Shown piece by piece: positions 38,053 to 51,263 of a stretch of 64,000 nucleotides of DNA (the stretch's first letter is position 1; each line of letters opens with the position of its first letter). Below the pieces are notes generated by a model. That model had not been told where the DNA came from. It saw nothing but the letters and a program-made list of their open reading frames with translations, and did not search any database. Source of the DNA: Takakia lepidozioides (Eukaryota > Plantae > Bryophyta); the NCBI GenBank assembly GCA_030704615.1, contig CM060733.1:26164001-26228000 (forward strand), given 5' to 3'. The translations under genes were made by a program, and so were the position numbers.

Positions 38053-41000
38053 GTGGTGTCCATGGCAAGTTCATTCCCCAGAAACATTCAGGCAATCTCC
38101 TGAGGCAACAATTGAAGGAGATCCAGGAAGCGACAGAAACACCCTTTGGCCTACTTGGAACCCCATGAAGTTAGTAACCTCCACTGGGCAGTGGAGGTTC
38201 AGTAAAATCCTATTACAAGACGGAAGATTAACTAATATGGTTTGAAAAAGTAAAGTCAATGTTTGGATCTACACTGGGACTGATGAAAATCAATTGGAAT
38301 TAAATTGGAGTATGAGGGCGGAGTATAGACTATATCTATCTGAACTGTCAGATGAAGTCACAAATGCCAACCTCCACTGGACAGTGGAGGTTGGATGATA
38401 TCTGTTGATGAAATCAACCACATGGATGAACAATGGATAATGAAGAAGCCCTCTGTAGATGAAAAATTGATTCTATGGATGCATGAATATTAATGTGGCG
38501 ACTGCCCAGTGGAGGTTTGGGAGTAACTTTAGACAAACAATAGTGCACATGGAGAGTACACAAAAAAATGAGTATCATACTATATGTGCAGTTGGCACCT
38601 GAGACTAAGGAAGCAGGGAGAGACTCAGAGGCTGCTTCAGAAGTACCCTATGGGCAGAGTGGTGCAGGACAGGCAAAGAGGTACATGTTGTCCAGAGAGG
38701 TGCATGAGAGAAAAGAAGCAAGTGAGAGGTTCACAGTGGGAAGTTGGTGTTGTGTGGAGTTGGACGTTATATAGAAGTGACATGTAACTTTCATCTTTGA
38801 ATCGCTCCAATGGCAGTGTGGTATGCTTTCTCTCCCGGATCGATTGTGGCCACCGTGGATTAAGGCGGAATCGAACGGCTTATCTAACCGAAGTAAGATG
38901 TACAAGATTTAAACACACTTCAATTCGCATTGTTGGCGCTGCTGGACAGTGGTGCGGAGGCGAGCTCAATCGAGGTGGGCGGCAATATTGTTGGGAGTGC
39001 ATAAGACTGGTTCAAACCTGTAGAAGGGGACGAGCCGGCGCCAATGTCCCCGTCTCCCGCAAAAGAAATGGTAGAGAGAGCGAGGACAAAGAGCACGTGT
39101 CCCACAAAAGACAGCGGACACAGAGCGAGGACTAAGAGCCCATCTCCCACAAAACGGGACAGTGGTGACAGAGCCAGGACTAAAAGCCCATCTCCCGGAA
39201 AAAACAATGGAGGCAGAGGCAGGACTCAGAGCCCAACTTACTCTCAAAGTGTCTCCCAGCATGTCAATTTGGATGTAGTTAATGAATGACACCTGGAGAT
39301 TTATGGTGTCTTTAAGTATTATAAATGGAACAAAATTTTGTGTGTATTGCATCTGGTTGTGTTCTGGTTGTGTTTTTGCCAATATCTAATCTGTATCTTG
39401 ATTTTTCCCACCTTCTTCAACTTTACATGTGACTGACGGTTACGAAAACTCGTATAGATCCATGAACGGAAATTGGAGGAAATCACACAAACCCGGACAA
39501 AATCCATCGTGACTCAAACAGTGAGGAGGCAGGTGGACTTAATAATAAGGGTCAGCCCACCTGATCCGGTCATACAAGCAACCTCCACTGCCCAGTCGAC
39601 GTTGCGAGATGAAGGAGATGAGTCGGAGATGGTCGTTGCTCAGAGCGAAGGAAAAGAGAGCGAGCAGCCACAACAACAAATTCGGAATCCCTCCCCGAAA
39701 CGGATATACACTTCATAACCATCTTAGCTATGTTCTTCTTTTTTCCTTCTTCTAGTTTTCAAAATAAATTAATTGTTCTGTTATTCCACAGGATGATATG
39801 ATTCACCCTCCAATCGACTATCACAAATCTGTGAACCCACAGGATTGGTATCGCCTCTCTGAGGGACCGAAAGGATGTCGACCATGATACTACGTCCTGG
39901 GTACCTTGGTGAGGTTTACCTCCGAGATGGCCCGAGATCCCCTCCCGCAACCCATCCTTGTGTGTGCGCAGGAAAATTCAAGCTTGCAGTCCGAAATGGG
40001 TTGGACGACTTCCTAAAATGGGTCCTTAAGCATTTTAAGGTCTATTTTTGGAACACTGGACCATTAGAAAATGTCTTGGATATAGGGCTGGCTTTGTTTG
40101 GAAGAAGGTTTTACAAGGTCAGGGAATTCAGCAATGAGAACTGCGTGAAGCATAGACAGACTTTCAGTGACGAATGGCCCAAATATCCGAGAGCGCCAAT
40201 ATATCTTAAACGTCTCTACGACCTTTTCACTGTAGACGACACTGTAGCGTACAAATCAAACACACTTCTTATCGACACTGTAGAAAATATGTATAAGTCC
40301 TACTTGAACCCAAAGTCGATCGGTATCTTCCTTCCAAAATATAAAGCGTTCGTCGACCATACATGAACTCAAACCGCACCTGGAAGAGTTGCGGTTATCC
40401 GGAAAAGACGCTGATATATTCAACGTGGAAAAACCCATAGGATGTCGACCGTATAATGACCCAAAGGTCAAATGCCTCTTGCTATGGGATTTGCAGTGGC
40501 AGATTTATCTTAGAAAACAAAAATTTCATGACGCTTCCTTGGAACAGATTGAAACGTAGATGGCTGCTGTAGATTTTCCTGAACCTCGACTGTCCAGTGG
40601 ACGTTGCTCCCAATGTCTATCTTGTCCTTGGTTTATCTTGATTACCACCTAAGTGGATGTATGAATTTATCATAGATTGCAGCACCAGTTTCTCCAGTTG
40701 CGAAAGGATTGCGCTTGATAATTTTTGACCTGAATGGAGTTTTGTGCAAAGTCTTGAAGCACTAGAAGAGCTACAATGTCCCCCGAATGTCCGAGACAGA
40801 CTACATGATACCAGCTCTTGTTGGATTTCGACTTGTATATAGGCGGGAAAAATATCGTGAGATGTGGACAGAGTTGAACAAACATTTCCGTCTAGGTATA
40901 TGGAGCTGCATGATGTACAAGAACTTGCAGCCTGTCCTGGACTTTATGCTTCGGGGTCTTCCTCAGCCGGCATTCGTTATATCTCAAGAAAATTGTATCT

Positions 41001-44000
41001 CTTGTCCTACTTCTGTCCACCCTCAATTTATATCAGGATACGACCCACCGAGTCTGTTCTTGAAGCCATTGATGACGGTCTGGCAAAGATTTGGTGGTCA
41101 GTACAACAGGAGTAACACTCTACTCATTGACGATTCTGCTATTAAGTGTGTGTTGAACCCGCCTAAATCCTGTCTGATTCTAAAATCGTTTGAATCCATT
41201 GAGACGGACTCTTGCTATCTCCAGAAGGTTCTCCAGAAATATTTGCTTGAAATGAAGAAATCTCGCACCGTTTCCAGTTATCTCAAGGAAAAGATGATAG
41301 GACTTAAACATTGTCAGAATGTTTCCACCGATCCCAAATTTAAGCCTCTCTTGGATTATGTTGATGATTCTAATTACATGAATCTCCGATATGATGCTTC
41401 AAAATAAAGATTTTATTGATCAACCACGTCTGTGATTCAATGTATATTTTTGACTGGTTTTTCTATAGGTTGTATTGTTTTTCTATAAAAACTGTTGTCT
41501 ACTGTGATTTCTTTTTCAATCTGAATTGACATGGAATTATTTGCTATCTCCTAGTCTCATCCAGGCGTTTCTCAACTCTATACCATCCCGATCCTATGAG
41601 ATACATGCCTTCGCCGAAACTCGTCTCGGGGGTTTTTTCAAATCCGACAACCTCCACTGTGCAGTGGAGGTTATCCCGTGTCTGTACATTGACCTTATAA
41701 GTTCGTTTCTGCAGGTTCATGGAGATGCTGCTGATGCCAACTTCTTGTCGGGACCTCCATTGGAATCCTCCATGTCAGAAATTCGTCGACAGAGGGACAA
41801 CATTCACACTACTGTTGAGATTTCTGTCATCGACGGTGAAGCATCATCCAGGCACTTGACTTCTCTTCAATTGCACGACCCTCTTCTTCAGCCCATTCCT
41901 GAAAATGATGTTCTGTCGCAGGATTGTTTAGGATTGAATGTCGAAGATGGAAGCCAACTTGACAAATGTGCAGGGGATTTCGTGGACCTCACTCTACAAT
42001 CCTCACCCTCCATGTTAAGTGTCAAGGGTCTGAAATCTACCTCAAGAATGTCATCCATTGAGGACGCGGCTGAGGCTACGGCTCCGCAACACACTGTTGC
42101 CTCTCTTCCTTCCTTCTCTCCCTAGCACAAAGGTGGGACAGCCCAAATCAGAAGGAGTCAGGTAAAATTACTTATATCTGAATTCTAACTCGTCCTTTTG
42201 TTTTCCTTAGTACTAGGTCTGATGTTCTTGTTTTACTCCAGGCCAGAAAATCTGCGAATTGTGACCTTCCTGTCAAACGACGTCTTCATTGGAAATCTTT
42301 TCCGAGGTAATCCCTTCGTTACATGTGAATTCCATTCAGGATGTGGAGTGCTCAAGGGACAATTTCCATTCCGTTCCCCTTCTCCGCAACCCTTTCGACG
42401 AAGTACAAGGACGAAACTTCAATTGCAACTTCCCGACCCTGCAATGTTGGCGCAATGTTCTGCACCGAGGAAGCGGAATAGGGCCGCCAAACCATTTCCA
42501 TCTCTTCTACAAATCGGTTCCACCGGAGAGAAGTCCTTCGTCAAAGACAAAGCAAACTCGAGGAAGAAAAGGAATACCTCGGACATACCGGGGTCTCGTC
42601 AAAACAAGTCCGTTGGGATGTCAAGCCCGCCAGCGAGTTTCCAATAAGGCAACATCAATATTATTCGATATCATTTCTCCACTTTCTTCTCTTTTATGTT
42701 CGTTTGGTTATGCACTAATTAACTCCATCTTTTCTCAACAGGCGGAGATGCAGCACGATACCTTCATCAATTTCCCTCCGTACAAGGTACTTTCTTGAAC
42801 CTCCACTTGGCAGTCGACATTCCTCTTCTTAGCAATATGAACCCTGCTCTTGAAACATTCCAAGCCCACAACATTGTGCAGCATTTTGCCATTTTCTGCA
42901 CAATCGTGTTGATCTTCCATACACTCAATCATTCTGGGTCATGGGTATTTTCATGGCAGAAACACTAATGTCAGTGTGTGATTAACCTGCTCAGGATAAC
43001 TTTGTCTCTCATCCCTTACATGCAACAGTGGGGAAGAGAAAACAGATGTTGTTAATTTTGAGTGTCAATGGACTCCTCTGCTACTAGCCACCCCCAACCG
43101 GCGGTGAACTGTTTAAGGAGAAATTTCGATTCAGGAATGTGACACTTCAAGTTCCTGACAGACCGTTTGTGGTGCCTCGGCAGGGAGTCTTGGAGTTTCT
43201 GGACCTTGCATTGAAGCATTTTCACGTGGCCATTTGGTCATGTGCTGATAGAGGTATTCTTTGTAGGATGTTGGAGAGCTTCGTCCCCACGAAAATAGCG
43301 AAGAAGTTTTGCTTCATATGGTCTGCTGAGGATTGTAAGGATACCACCGGTTATATCAGGCTCGGAATGAAATATCTCGTGAAGGATATTCGAAGTGTTA
43401 TTGCCAGGTACCCTGACAGACCGTTTGCTACGCAGGGGCAAATACTTCTTGTAGATGATGAGCCATCAAAAGGCCTGCGAAACCCACAAAATACTGGATT
43501 CTTCCCTTTCTCATTCAAGCCTTCACCAAACGGATTGCATGACCGGGATGATATGACAAAAGCAGTGTGGCCATATATATCGGAGATGGCTGGAGCTTCA
43601 AGTTGATTACATTAGCGAGAACCGGACAAAGTGTTCTCATAAGCCTATTGGTCGAGACCATGCCTGTTGGGCGTGATATGGAAGATATCTTGATCCTCGT
43701 GTTTGGATCCCACAACAAAAGGAACCTGATTACCTTGGTAGGCACGTGGATCCCACTATTCTGTTGTTTGTTCATAAGTTGATTTTCCAATTTTTTTGCA
43801 TTTGCATTTGCAATCTTACCTCAACAAATCCATATGCAAAACTTCCACTTTGGGCCTAACATTTGTCATTTCAATCGTTTGTCCCCAGTTACATTCAAGG
43901 AACGAATTCTAAAAGAGGAACAAGAGCTGCGTGAATGGGAAGAATGGCAGGTGTGTCAGGAGGCTTCAAGGGCATCAAGTAGAGTTGGCAGTAACATTTT

Positions 44001-44498
44001 CAGATGATAATGTCAGCCGGTTTTACCTTCTTGAAAGTATCTCCGTGTCTTCTGGTGCGGAGACCGTTGCAAGTGGTTGTGGTAACCGGAGGCGTCTTCA
44101 GACACATGCCTTGACTGCGAGCCGTTTGGGAGGAAGCTCAGTATTATTAATGAGTTAGTATAAGCCGTAACGGTTCTATGGCTTCAGAATCTATGGTTTG
44201 TATGGCATTAAGTCCATGAACGGATGGACAGTTGACGTTCATTTTTCTGTTGGTCCATCGCCTTGAATGATATAATCTCAAATAAAATATGAATGTTTCA
44301 TATCATCAATCAAGTCCCGACAGACTCGTTTTTCCATGTTGTCCTCTTCATCACATGCCATCATTGTTTCATATTTGGTTCTGCCATTGTTCCATATTTG
44401 TTTGTGTATGTCATTTTGGATATCAGAGCTCTCATCATTGTTTGATTCATTGCATCCTCCCATTCCTTTTAATGAACGTCAACTTGGCAGTGGATGTT
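36761..44498. repeat. Dispersed 24-bp palindrome AACCTCCACTGNNCAGTGGAGGTT, about 9 copies
   Basis: Copies start at 36761, 38176, 38369, 38494, 39580, 40582, 41649, 42798 and 44475. Confidence 0.9.
38568..43610 (+). pseudogene. Multi-exon accessory gene(s): Ser-Pro repeat region plus three FCP1/NIF HAD phosphatase-like domains
   Basis: Domain 1 ~39875-40366 (RNGLDDFL...NTLLID...NP). Domain 2 ~40700-41407 (LIIFDLNGVL...GIWSC...KPL...NTLLIDDSAIKCVLNP). Domain 3 ~43030-43606 (LILSVNGLL...RQGVLEFL...VAIWSC...KDI...LLVDDEPSK..RNP). In-frame TAG stops in domains 2 and 3. Exon linkage not proven. Confidence 0.8.
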
Positions 44499-44804
44499 CA
44501 TCTAAGACCACAATACATATTTGTATTTTTGCATAGAATGTGTGGAGGATTATATAATTCGTTGTTACATAGTGCACAAATAGTCAAATAATTATAGATA
44601 TATCTCTTTATTTTTATTATAGATTATAATTATTCATATATCTTGTATTATTTCTAGACCAAACAAAAGTCCAGAATTAGTTAAAATAGAGTTTTTTGCA
44701 TTCCAACGGACAGGGACAAGTCTCCAAGGCTAATACCATAAGAGTCCACACCCCCCCAGCACCTCTCATCTTCTCAACACAAAAGTAAAAGAAGGATATC
44801 GTGC

Positions 44805-45810
<1,006 letters not shown>

Positions 45811-46694
45811 TGTAAGCCCCAAATTACTCCACTCAGAATCCTACTTCGAGATTAAGAAATTTACAAACAAAGTTCCACCAAGGTGCACCATTTTGCAGGA
45901 AGATGCAGAACCTCTTGCCTCTGCAAAGGAACATGACTACTTATATCATGGTTGTATTGGCTTTGCAAAGAAAGACAAGAACGACTTCACTTGAAAAATG
46001 CAGTTTCATCCACTGAGAATGATGAGTGTTTGGGATATGGATCATAAAGACATGACTTCTGCAATCTTTCATCGTCCTTCAGCTATCCCTGCCTGTGTAC
46101 AAATCATGAATACTTGCTGCTAGCAGCTGATGCTGACGGCGGAAAGTTAGCAGTTCTGGCGAAAAACAAGCTACTGATACTGTCAATCACTAAGACATAC
46201 CTTACAAGAGGCCAAGATCATACTCGAAAGACAAGAACAGGCAGGGAGACCTTGTCAAATCCTGTCCGAGATCGTTGTGTAAAACCCCTCCGTGCTCAAG
46301 CACGCAGGGCATCATCCTCCCTTCCCTGCGCACGTCTCCTGGTTATTTTCGGGCAGTGCGGGCAGGGTGCACAAAATTGATGTTGACGTGGCACTATGAC
46401 ACCCTATTCCTGCTCTACGCTAAACCAGCTTCCCACCTTCAGTCGTCACTAGACTATAAGAGAAACAAGGCAATAGGGATCGTTTTAATGTAGTGGGGTC
46501 CGCTGTCAGGTCCATGTCCCTTGCACCGTGCGACCTCGTTACAACGAGGCCACACAAAATTCAGAGGCATCTGCAATGAGGTCCTCCTCTTCATCAATCC
46601 TATTGTCTTCCGACAAAAAGAAATCATTGATCCCTTACTCAACCACAACCCAACTTCATATCTGTACCATGTGTTTAGTCCTTGTTTTTGCCCA

Positions 46695-46850
46695 TATTAA
46701 TGGGTATAGCACGAGTATTTCTTTTGTCAATAGTCAATACCAGCCTAGTAGGGTATTGACCTAGGTATTGGAATTGTCAATAATAGGCGGTTCGGTTATT
46801 TAATACCCTGGTTGATACCCGGCCAGGCCCTATATACCAGTCCAACACTG
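46695..46850. mobile_element. hAT-like right-end remnant
   Basis: Ends CCAGTCCAACACTG, with AATACC/GGTATT subterminal words. No left TIR identified. Confidence 0.4.
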
Positions 46851-47852
46851 AAAGGGGTCCAGAGTCCAATAAGTTTGCCCAAGAATCCACTTTTTTTCTG
46901 TTTTTGTTTTTGTTTTTGTTTTTTCACAAGAGAGGGCAGGAGGCCTCAGAGAAATTTTATTCATAAGGGAAAAAAAAATTATATTTATGCTGACAGGGGA
47001 GAAAGCAAAAAAACAAAACACGACTTGAAGGTTGTATTTCCTCTCACTGTAACTAAGGGGAGCAGGTGTTTCCCTTCACAAATTGAAAACAAACACAATT
47101 TTTTTTTCAAATATTGCTGGGCGAGTCCGATCGGCCTTTAGTAAGGGCCTGTGCAGTATTTCCAGTGACACCTTCAACAGCAATTTTTGACTCAGTTTAA
47201 AAAATTAATATGGGCTTCAAAAAGAAAAACAGTTTTTAAACTTAAATCATTTGTATTGAGAGTTCAATAGTGCAAACTGTTTTTCCCACTACATCTCATT
47301 ATCATTTGAAGCTCATATAGGTTGCACATGATTTAGTGCATACAACTATAAATGTTTTTCTAAATCAGTTAAGACAGTTAAAAAATCATTCATAGATATG
47401 CAAAGTTGTAGATATCATATGGATCATTGTGTACTGTAATTGTCATTTTTCCTCAACTCTTCATGATATAGTATCTTTCATAGGTCAATTTTTGTACAGA
47501 CATAGAGTGAGAGAAAGAAAAGGAAGAAAATCAGGGAAGAGAGGGATGTAAAAATAAGAAATAGGAAGGTAGAAAACTAAGAAACGTTAATCCCTTAGCC
47601 TGGGCAATCGTCTAGTCCATTTGTTTAACCACAACAAGCAGTTTGTGAGGGGTAATGATCTAGTTTGAGCTTGCACCTCTTGTTTATATAGTTCAATGGG
47701 GAGTAGCTGCAAGGTGAAGTGGCTCTTAGTTAGCTAGAGAGCTGGAGTCTTCTCTCTCTCTCTCTCTCTCAATTAGTAACTTGTTCGACATAATCTTTCT
47801 CTAAAATGGCTAACGATGGCAATTTTTTGCCTTGGTATTGAATAGGAGAGTT

Positions 47853-49021
47853 ATGGGGTCACTAAAAGCGTTTTGGAACAGCCCAATGGGTCCGAAAACT
47901 ACTCATTTCTGGGGGCCCGTCGCCAATTGGGGTTTTGTTGTTGCTGTAAGCACTTTGTCTGGATGATGTAAAAATAGAGTCGAGTCATGATTTTGGATTA
48001 ATACAATTTTCACTTCATCTAATGCAAAGATAATCATGAAGTCTATAGGGATTTATCGTCCTACAGAGGAGTGCCCATTAAAAAAGGTCATGCAATTGTG
48101 TACTTTGAAATAGAACCATGCATTGCATTTAAATTAATAAATATTTATCCACAAACCTAATCAACAAACGACTATGAGTATAGAATTTCATGAAGGAAAA
48201 AAATGAACATACATGTGATTTATGTGGTTTTGGTGTTTATCTCCTTACGATAGACCCAAAATACCTCTACAATCTAATATGTATCTTTTGTCATCAATGG
48301 TTTATTGTATGCTAGGGATTGGCTGATACACAAAAGCCCGTGGATATGATATCTGGAAACATGACAGGCAGTATGTTTTCAATTTCACTTATAGTATATT
48401 ATTTACTGATAATTATTGGAGGGATATCAGATTAGCACTCCATAACATTCACAGTAGCCAATTAGGAAGTTCAGTCATTTTTATCTCAAAAAAATGGATG
48501 TACATAGTTTGCTACTATTACTGCAATAGAAAATTAAAAAAATAGTAGACATCTTTAAAATGACAAACACATAGCATGGAGAGAACTAACAATTTTTTCT
48601 TTTCTTTCTTTCTTTGTTCTGCAGCAATGTGCATATACTCCTTGTTGTTTATGAGGTTCGCGTGGATGGTGCAACCACGGAATTACCTCCTCTTCTCTGT
48701 GCATGCCTCCAACGAGTGTGTGCAATTCTACCAGTTTCAACGTTGGTATCGTGCTGGCCAGTAAGTTCAAATTGCTTATCTTTGTGTTAATAATAATGAC
48801 TTGTGGATGTTGCAATAGACTTCTCATTGAAAACCTACATGAGTTCTTTTGAATGTTGCAGTGCAAACAAGCAGATTTCTCAAAAGCAATTCAGGGGAAA
48901 TATGGATGGAAAGCATAATATAACATGGTTTCTCTTTTCTCATTATATATATAATATTTTGTTGACTTACATCTTTGATTGTTGTAGGGTATCAGAGAAG
49001 ACTGGTGCTATAAAACGATAA
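47853..49021 (+). CDS. MPC1: Mitochondrial pyruvate carrier 1, 4 exons (47853-47945, 48316-48370, 48625-48760, 48988-49021), 105 aa
   Basis: Spliced product [105 protein letters not shown]. All introns GT-AG; 318 nt in frame. Confidence 0.95.
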
Positions 49022-50207
49022 CTATTCATATTATGATACCAAAAAGAGTATTACACATTTTTGATATCCAGCAGTATTAAGGATACCGTGTATTTATAAT
49101 GACGACAAGATACATGAATTGTAGTAGACAAAATTAGATATATGTTATGACTTGTACGCTAAATTTACAAACTGATTAGATTTTCAGTGGACGTTCTTGT
49201 TGTTTATCTAAGAGATAGGTTGACGTTCGAATGGGATTTAAATACCATATTTCTATTATTGATTGATTAAAAACGATGAATAAAATTATTAGCACATTGT
49301 TATATGTGACTGATCATGGCAAGGCATGCACATATTGTACATGATAAATAATTTATATTGATTAATACCTGTTATAATCACAGCGACAATAAATTCGTAC
49401 AATATTAATTATAGCCAAAGACAAAAATATGTATTGTGAGAGAGGGTGAATGTGTACCTCAACAACATTAATAGTACTTTGATGAAGAAGAGAGAGTCAC
49501 CTACATATAATTGTCTATATTAACTCTGCACCTTCAGTTTTTAAAACCAAAACTGACTAAACTAGTATACTATTATTTATAAATTTGTGATGTGAAGCAT
49601 AATGAGCAAATGGAAGATAGTAAGTTTGAGTTAAAATGTACAACACCATCACTATTTGAAATCCTACAAGTTGAACAGAAACAAAAATTCGCTATTAAGA
49701 AAAGGGAGGAAGTGCGGCGCTATAACTAAAAACAAGGAATTAAATTAACCTTGTGAGAGCATAAGGAGGGGGCCTACTGAGCATCTCTACATTATACACA
49801 GAAAGCCAACAATCCCTGTCCTAAAACATTGTTTGTTGTAGATAGAATTTATGAACTTAGTGTGTCCTAAAGAATATATGAAGTTTTAAAACTATGAACT
49901 TACTATAATTATTGTTATTTTAGAGGGTACCATCCGCTCACAAAATCAGGCCCCCTAACCATAGGGAGAGGTGAAAATAACCTCTTTGAAAGCAGAAGCA
50001 ATAATATAGATGATGATTAAAATACTCTCAATTGGAATAAAAATAAAATAAAATGAGGATGATATATTTAGACAGACTCGTGTTTGTATTGTACAGATCA
50101 TTGCAAGGTAAGATTATTTGAATTCGAATTTACTTTTACCTTACATATCAAATGATATAACATGATGCAAGCACAAAAACCGAACAAGTTGAAAAGTTTA
50201 CTGTATT

Positions 50208-50562
50208 TGTCAAGTTAAATAAACACAGTGTGAAACTAACTAGAATAAAACTAGTTATTTGTATTTAACACTTGGATTTAGTTCAAGTGTTAAGTCAGGT
50301 GTCAAGTTTGAGCTTGACACCTGAACCATCTTATCTTCACGAGAGCGTCAGTCGCGCAGCTCATCTCTCTCGAGTTGAGCCTGCGCGACCGAGCTCCTTC
50401 ATGCTTTAGAATCTGAGTGTGCTTATGTAGGGGTATAGGTTGTTGTGGGGTGGAGTCCCCATAGCTTGGGGTGCCCCTGGCTCGACCATTATCTTAAAGA
50501 GTGATAGTGATGGATTTCATGTTTCTTGTGTTAAGAGTGTGTGTCATTTAGCTTTCGTATCA
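50208..50562 (+). repeat. Terminal repeat A1 (355 bp)
   Basis: TGTCAAG...GTATCA; about 5 mismatches to 62114-62468. Confidence 0.95.
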
Positions 50563-50579
50563 CTCGAGAGAGCTGAGCT
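50563..50579 (+). promoter_or_regulatory. Putative self-priming primer-binding site
   Basis: CTCGAGAGAGCTGAGCT is complementary (16/17) to LTR positions 50358-50374. No TGG-starting tRNA PBS. Confidence 0.7.
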
Positions 50580-50869
50580 TGTTTCTGTGAGTGCCAGAGG
50601 TGAGTTTAGTTTTAGCACTTGTGGTTTTTGTTTTGAAAGTGAGAGAAGTGATTATCTGTGTTCAGGTAATTTTTAGTTAAAAAGATGTAAGTTTGGTCAC
50701 TGGAGCGATGGTTGGAAAGCACGGTGAAGCCTTCTACTGTCTATCAGCATTGTCATCGTGGTTGCCATCATAAGGCTGACGGTGTGACAATGGCGGCGCC
50801 TTCCAGTGCCTAGGTTGAACGTATATGCCCGGAGCATACTGGTCACCGCCAACTTGTGCATTACGCGCC

Positions 50870-51105
50870 ACCGCCGGTGCGGAAGCCGATGACGAAAGAA
50901 TATCCTTCTTGCTGAAGGAGTTGGATGGTAAAGATATTACGGAGGTGATTGCTTCCGGCAGGGAAAAGTTTGCATCTGTGCCATCAGGCGGAGGCAGCGG
51001 CAGCGGTGTTGTGGTGGCTCCCGCTGGTGGAGGTGGAGGTGTTGTTGTTGCACCTGCCGGAGAAAAGGAGGAAGCCAAGGAGGAGTCTGATGATGCCATG
51101 GGTGC
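50870..51105 (+). pseudogene. RPLP2: Captured 60S acidic ribosomal protein P2 fragment
   Basis: [40 protein letters not shown]...[12 protein letters not shown]. Confidence 0.9.
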
Positions 51106-51117
51106 GGCCTGGACGTG

Positions 51118-51263
51118 GTCATTGAAACGCGGGCTCCATTGCACACAGTCTGCATTTTCTGGCCCTGGAGAGCCGACATCCTCAACTGCCCATTCTTTTC
51201 CCTAATGCTGGATGATGTGACCGCCGGAGCTGCCACTGCTGAAGTCGCTGCTAGAGCCGCCAT
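51118..51263 (-). pseudogene. Captured N-terminus resembling a plastid transit peptide
   Basis: [48 protein letters not shown]; Ala/Ser-rich and ends in a cleavage-like RVSM. Confidence 0.55.

Larger units (their letters stand above)
34620..44700. mobile_element. Sola-like DNA transposon carrying a divergent FCP1-domain gene; ends not resolved
   Basis: Transposase on the minus strand, accessory gene on the plus strand, and one palindrome family spanning 36761-44498. No TIR pair found. Confidence 0.65.

Noticed and set aside
36761-44498. Palindromic repeats as a CRISPR array
   Set aside because: Spacing is irregular (125-1700 bp), there are no cas genes, and the context is intron-containing eukaryotic DNA.
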